From positions 1 to 58,224 of the IMG/VR virus record IMGVR_UViG_3300042924_004594: a DNA stretch of 58,224 bases; one strand, written 5' to 3'. Shown here one piece after another: positions 54,950-58,224 of the stretch. How positions within the stretch are numbered: position 1 is the first letter of the stretch; each line of letters begins with the position of its first letter. This stretch comes from a virus (taxonomy: Duplodnaviria; Caudoviricetes). The notes under the pieces are model-generated. The model searched no databases, was not told where the DNA came from, and saw only the letters and a program-made list of their open reading frames with translations. The translations under genes and the position numbers were made by a program.

Positions 54950-55584
54950 TCGAGCCACAGAGATCGGTGGCACCACTATTCAGCACCCCGCTGTTCATCT
55001 CGCAGCTGGGACAACCCGATAGCCAATCTGTCGCGGTCGTTAAACAGGCGGATATGCGTCGCGTTAAAGCCAACAACGGATGGGCTTCCGTCGACACCAG
55101 GATCCTGGACGTCCCGGACATGCAGTATCTGAAGGCATCCATCCTCCGGGAGATCAGCGCGTATGCGTTTGAAGCTCTCGGCCTAAAGAGAAAGTACCAG
55201 TTCCAAATTACCAACTCTTGGGTCATGAAACATCAGAAGGGCGACTTTGCCCACGGCCACGCACACGAGAACTCACTGATCTCGGGTGTCTACTATGTAG
55301 AGACGTACGAGAACAGCGGTCCAATCCTGTTCTCCAAGTCCTACAAAGACTTCAACTTATTCCCTGCCTTCTTCGGCTGGGAGTTTGAGAAGAGAGACAT
55401 CCTGAATGCAGACGTGTGGCCTGTGCTGCCCAAGAACGGAATGTTGGTTCTGTTCCCCTCTCACCTGTCGCATCACGTGGAACCGAGTCAGGCAGACGCC
55501 GACCGCTACTGCATCGCCTTCAACGTGTTTGTGAAAGGTAAGTTCGGCTCAGAAGAAACCTTCAGTGCCCTGGAGATTCTATGA
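54928..55584 (+). CDS. 2OG-Fe(II) oxygenase (TIGR02466-like)
   Basis: LFSTP, SW, HAH..S.ISGVYY, LFPSHLSHHV and RYCIAFN motifs. Confidence 0.85.
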   Translation: MGNQSGVIEPQRSVAPLFSTPLFISQLGQPDSQSVAVVKQADMRRVKANNGWASVDTRILDVPDMQYLKASILREISAYAFEALGLKRKYQFQITNSWVMKHQKGDFAHGHAHENSLISGVYYVETYENSGPILFSKSYKDFNLFPAFFGWEFEKRDILNADVWPVLPKNGMLVLFPSHLSHHVEPSQADADRYCIAFNVFVKGKFGSEETFSALEIL

Positions 55585-55709
55585 AGGGTCTGCTTATTTG
55601 CGCCACTGTCGTCGTTTTCCTGGTGATCGTACCGGTGTTCGTCGCTTTTGGATTGTGGTTTAAGGACCGCAAAGACGAAGAGCGGAAAGGGTATTGGGAC
55701 CCAGAATGA
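55581..55709 (+). CDS. 42-aa single-pass membrane peptide (not in ORF track)
   Basis: MKGLLICATVVVFLVIVPVFVAFGLWFKDRKDEERKGYWDPE; ATGA overlaps on both sides. Confidence 0.6.
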   Translation: MKGLLICATVVVFLVIVPVFVAFGLWFKDRKDEERKGYWDPE

Positions 55710-55876
55710 GAAAGAAAAAACGAATCCGAAACATCACGGTTCGAAAACCGTGGTACGTCGAAAACAAGTTTGGCGTGTGGAAAACCTCCCCTTTTGGGGT
55801 TTGTGAAAGAGTCCGGCAACAACGTCCTGGCTTTTTTACCCGCCTATTGAGGTGGTTTTTGGAGCAGTTAAACTAA
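55706..55876 (+). CDS. small basic hypothetical protein
   Basis: ATG overlaps the upstream stop. Confidence 0.5.
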   Translation: MRKKKRIRNITVRKPWYVENKFGVWKTSPFGVCERVRQQRPGFFTRLLRWFLEQLN

Positions 55877-55880
55877 CTCG

Positions 55881-56120
55881 ATGACGCTGGATCAGATCAA
55901 AGGTTTCTCCAATTCCGTATCCACTTGGATCATTAACGGAATGAAGACGGCTACGGATGAACAGCGTGCTGCGAGATATGCCATCTGTCAGGCGTGTCCA
56001 AACTTCGATCAGCGAGTATTCGGAGGTCATGGAGTTTGCAAGATTTGTGGGTGCAATATGCGTACCAAAACTGTGTTCCCCCACGAGAAATGTCCCATTG
56101 ATAAATGGGGAAAGGTTTAA
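55881..56120 (+). CDS. Cys-rich putative zinc-binding protein
   Basis: R..ICQAC...CKICGC...K......CP..KW. Confidence 0.65.
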   Translation: MTLDQIKGFSNSVSTWIINGMKTATDEQRAARYAICQACPNFDQRVFGGHGVCKICGCNMRTKTVFPHEKCPIDKWGKV

Positions 56121-56122
56121 CC

Positions 56123-56353
56123 ATGCCGCTAGGTAAAAGAGATTACGCCAAGGAATACCGGGAGTATCACGGTAAGCCTGATCAACTCAAACGTCGTGCT
56201 GGTCGTAACGCTGCTCGTCGATCGATGACTAAACGTCGTGGTTTGGCTGCTATGCGTGGAAAAGACGTCAATCACAAGGACGGCAATACCATGAATAATG
56301 CAGCGTCGAACCTGAATCTTGAGTCAAAAAGCGTGAATCGCGGTAGGAAGTAG
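56123..56353 (+). CDS. small basic HNH-like protein
   Basis: RDYAKEY...RAGRNAARR...GKDVNHKDGN..NN...NL......NR. Confidence 0.7.
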   Translation: MPLGKRDYAKEYREYHGKPDQLKRRAGRNAARRSMTKRRGLAAMRGKDVNHKDGNTMNNAASNLNLESKSVNRGRK

Positions 56354-56383
56354 TATTGACTAATTCCTGACAGTATTTAATAT
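56354..56383 (+). promoter_or_regulatory. sigma70-like promoter, copy of the phage motif
   Basis: TTGACT-16-TAATAT; TATTGAC-TAATTCC-TGACAGTA; ends 7 nt before ATG 56391. Confidence 0.65.
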
Positions 56384-56390
56384 AAACCCT

Positions 56391-56711
56391 ATGTCACAAC
56401 CCTCTAGCAGCGACAACGAGAATTATTCTTTACGCAAAATAAATCAGCTAGCTTTTGATGCTGAAAAGGATTCAAGCCTTTCCCTGGGTCAGCACGGAGC
56501 TGTTTACAAGACTGCTGCGGGTGCCCTTTCCGGCGGGCCTTGGGGTGCAATCCAAGCGACTGCTGCTGCCGTGGTCAATGTAACCTCGGGCAACTGGACG
56601 AACAGTGACGCAACGACGGCCGTTGATATCGCAGCGGGAGCAACGATCTTTGGGAACTTTACCGCAATCACTCTCACCAGCGGCAAAATCATCGCTTACA
56701 AAAGCGCCTAA
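56391..56711 (+). CDS. small beta-rich, probably virion-associated protein
   Basis: C-terminal AGATIFGNFTAITLTSGKIIAYK; N-terminal motif shared with 35847..38165. Confidence 0.55.
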   Translation: MSQPSSSDNENYSLRKINQLAFDAEKDSSLSLGQHGAVYKTAAGALSGGPWGAIQATAAAVVNVTSGNWTNSDATTAVDIAAGATIFGNFTAITLTSGKIIAYKSA

Positions 56712-56717
56712 ACGGCC

Positions 56718-57089
56718 ATGCCGAAACTCGGCGTAGGCTTAAACTTGTCGGTTCCTAGGGTTGGTGGTGGGGCTGCGCCTAGCAACATTCCTCTGTCGAC
56801 AACTAATATAAATATCACATACAGCGGAGCGACAAGAACGCTTGTAAAGATAAGCGACACTTTCTGGTATAACGAAAGATACGGCCCCAATGATCCTGGT
56901 GGTTGCGAAGTTGACAGGTTCGCCTTGCAATACACGAATTCACAATGGGAGTTTTCAACCTATTTTAGTTTTTTGGAAGATGGAAGTTGCACACCAGGGG
57001 GGCTTGAATTAAAGGCAACAAACGCAGAGGCATCTTCCTCAATCCCTGTGTCGAGCTGGTCTCCTTCCATCACCATAACCGCTGCTTGA
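56718..57089 (+). CDS. small beta-rich, probably virion-associated protein
   Basis: MPKLGVGLNL start; ends related to 32142..32465. Confidence 0.55.
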   Translation: MPKLGVGLNLSVPRVGGGAAPSNIPLSTTNINITYSGATRTLVKISDTFWYNERYGPNDPGGCEVDRFALQYTNSQWEFSTYFSFLEDGSCTPGGLELKATNAEASSSIPVSSWSPSITITAA

Positions 57090-57093
57090 TAAT

Positions 57094-57354
57094 ATGCCCC
57101 TAGGAAAAAAAGCTTCTATGCCTTGTAACGTGCCCCGGGCAAGCACACGACCAGGTAAAAAGAAAATGGTTAAAGCCTGTGCCGACGGCAAAGAAAGAAT
57201 CGTTCACTTTGGCGACAGCTCAATGCAAGACTTCCGGCAACACAAGTCGGCTAAACGACGAAAAAGCTATTGTGCTCGCTCCGGTGGAATCAAGGGTGGT
57301 GACGGCAAGCTGTCTGCCAACTACTGGTCCCGTAAGGTGCTTTGGAGTTGCTGA
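57094..57354 (+). CDS. small basic hypothetical protein
   Basis: KKKMVKAC..GKERIVHFGD...RRKSYCAR...SANYWS. Confidence 0.7.
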   Translation: MPLGKKASMPCNVPRASTRPGKKKMVKACADGKERIVHFGDSSMQDFRQHKSAKRRKSYCARSGGIKGGDGKLSANYWSRKVLWSC

Positions 57355-57355
57355 G

Positions 57356-57505
57356 GTGGCTCTAGGAAAGAAGAAAAAGGCCGACGACGCCTGCACCCGC
57401 AAGGTTAAGTCCAGGTACTCCGTATGGCCGTCGGCTTACGCCAGTGGGGCCCTAGTGAAGTGTCGCAAGGTTGGGGCAGCCAACTGGGGTAATAAAGGCA
57501 AGTAA
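57356..57505 (+). CDS. small basic hypothetical protein, 49 aa
   Basis: GTG start 1 nt after the previous stop; DACTRKVKSRYSVWPSAYASGALVKCRK. Confidence 0.7.
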   Translation: MALGKKKKADDACTRKVKSRYSVWPSAYASGALVKCRKVGAANWGNKGK

Positions 57506-57741
57506 TGGGCTTTGAGTTAGAGAAAAAGAAAGGTTTGCGTGGTTGGTTCTCCAGGAACAACGGCAAGGGCTGGATTAACTGTAAGACCGGTGGCCCCTGC
57601 GGCCGTAAGAGTGCGTCCGATGGGGGTAGCTACCCTGCTTGTCGTCCCACCAAGTCTATGTGTAATTCCTCGGCTAAGAAGAAAACAAGCTCCAAGCCCA
57701 TCAGCTGGAAAAAGAAAACTGGCTTAGGCAAGCCCCGATGA
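57505..57741 (+). CDS. small basic Cys-containing hypothetical protein
   Basis: LRGWF...W.NC.TG.PCGR...YPACRP; TAATG overlap. Confidence 0.7.
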   Translation: MGFELEKKKGLRGWFSRNNGKGWINCKTGGPCGRKSASDGGSYPACRPTKSMCNSSAKKKTSSKPISWKKKTGLGKPR

Positions 57742-57992
57742 AACACACCTACGACCTTAAAATCTTCAATGGTCGGGTAAAGGTCTACGTAGACGGCTAC
57801 GTTATGTTTTGCTTCAACCAAATCGACTTCAAGGGTTATTACGCTTACAAGGACGATACCAGCCTCTACGGCCTGGATATTTACCTAATCGAAAGCTCGG
57901 GTGGTAGCGGGGGTTCAGAGATTATGGACGTCTACTTCAAGACCAAGGAAAACTGGCTGGGCGTCCTTGCGCTTCTAGATAAGCACCTCTGA
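57738..57992 (+). CDS. hypothetical protein
   Basis: ATGA overlap; 84 aa. Confidence 0.6.
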   Translation: MKHTYDLKIFNGRVKVYVDGYVMFCFNQIDFKGYYAYKDDTSLYGLDIYLIESSGGSGGSEIMDVYFKTKENWLGVLALLDKHL

Positions 57993-58034
57993 TTTAAGCA
58001 AAATATCCCTTTTGGGCTATATTTCCCATATCCA

Positions 58035-58224
58035 GGGTAACCTAAGTTACCCCAAAATAGAGGTTACCAGGGCAAGTTACCCCAAAATAACCACTGTACT
58101 TCAAACAGTTACATCAAAAAGGGTAACTGGGTAACTTGTTTTTCGACTTTGGGGTTCCCAAGCCCGGCACACACAGCGCAAATATTTCACGCCAGATTAT
58201 ATAGATTAATATATTATAGTTACC
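58035..58224. repeat. cluster of GTTAC/GTAAC repeats in non-coding DNA
   Basis: Eight GTTAC cores in both orientations; exact 16-bp direct repeat AAGTTACCCCAAAATA at 58044 and 58074. Confidence 0.8.

Noticed and set aside
57179-57355. Long N-terminus of ORF 57179..57505
   Set aside because: Overlaps 57094..57354 out of frame; GTG at 57356 gives a clean start with the shared LGKK tag
58035-58224. Mini CRISPR array
   Set aside because: Repeats are 5-16 bp, in mixed orientation, with irregular short spacing
1-58224. Alternative genetic code
   Set aside because: Standard-code ORFs tile the genome densely and all three stop codons end genes

Overview
This window looks like an essentially complete ~58 kb temperate dsDNA tailed phage genome with a podovirus-like layout (no tape measure, tail tube or sheath recognised). 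Two arms diverge from an attP site at ~43.8 kb, which is the 3' half of a tRNA-Thr(UGU). The minus-strand arm (43.7 kb to 0) encodes large terminase, portal, scaffold, a cluster of fibre/lectin-like genes, major capsid, a lysis cassette, tail nozzle, head-tail adaptor, many fibres with chaperones, ejection-type proteins, a 3922-aa polyvalent protein and a glucosaminidase. The plus-strand arm encodes a tyrosine integrase, RHH and HTH regulators, a resolvase, an SF2 helicase, a Cas4-like nuclease, family A DNA polymerase (Leu762 type), a primase-helicase, a 2OG-Fe(II) oxygenase and small basic proteins. The integrase style and a lipoprotein spanin suggest a diderm host, possibly Verrucomicrobia (inference only). 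The most notable signals are: a head-tail adaptor made of three fused repeats; a C-terminal motif shared by the scaffold and two small paralogues; an N-terminal M[PA]LGK[KR] tag shared by small basic proteins; a seven-copy promoter motif TATTGAC-N8-G-N2-AGTA; a structured ~190-nt capsid leader with twin GGA-loop hairpins; a 21-bp repeat flanking attP; and GTTAC repeats at the genome junction. All product calls come from motif recognition and gene order by eye; no database searches were run.
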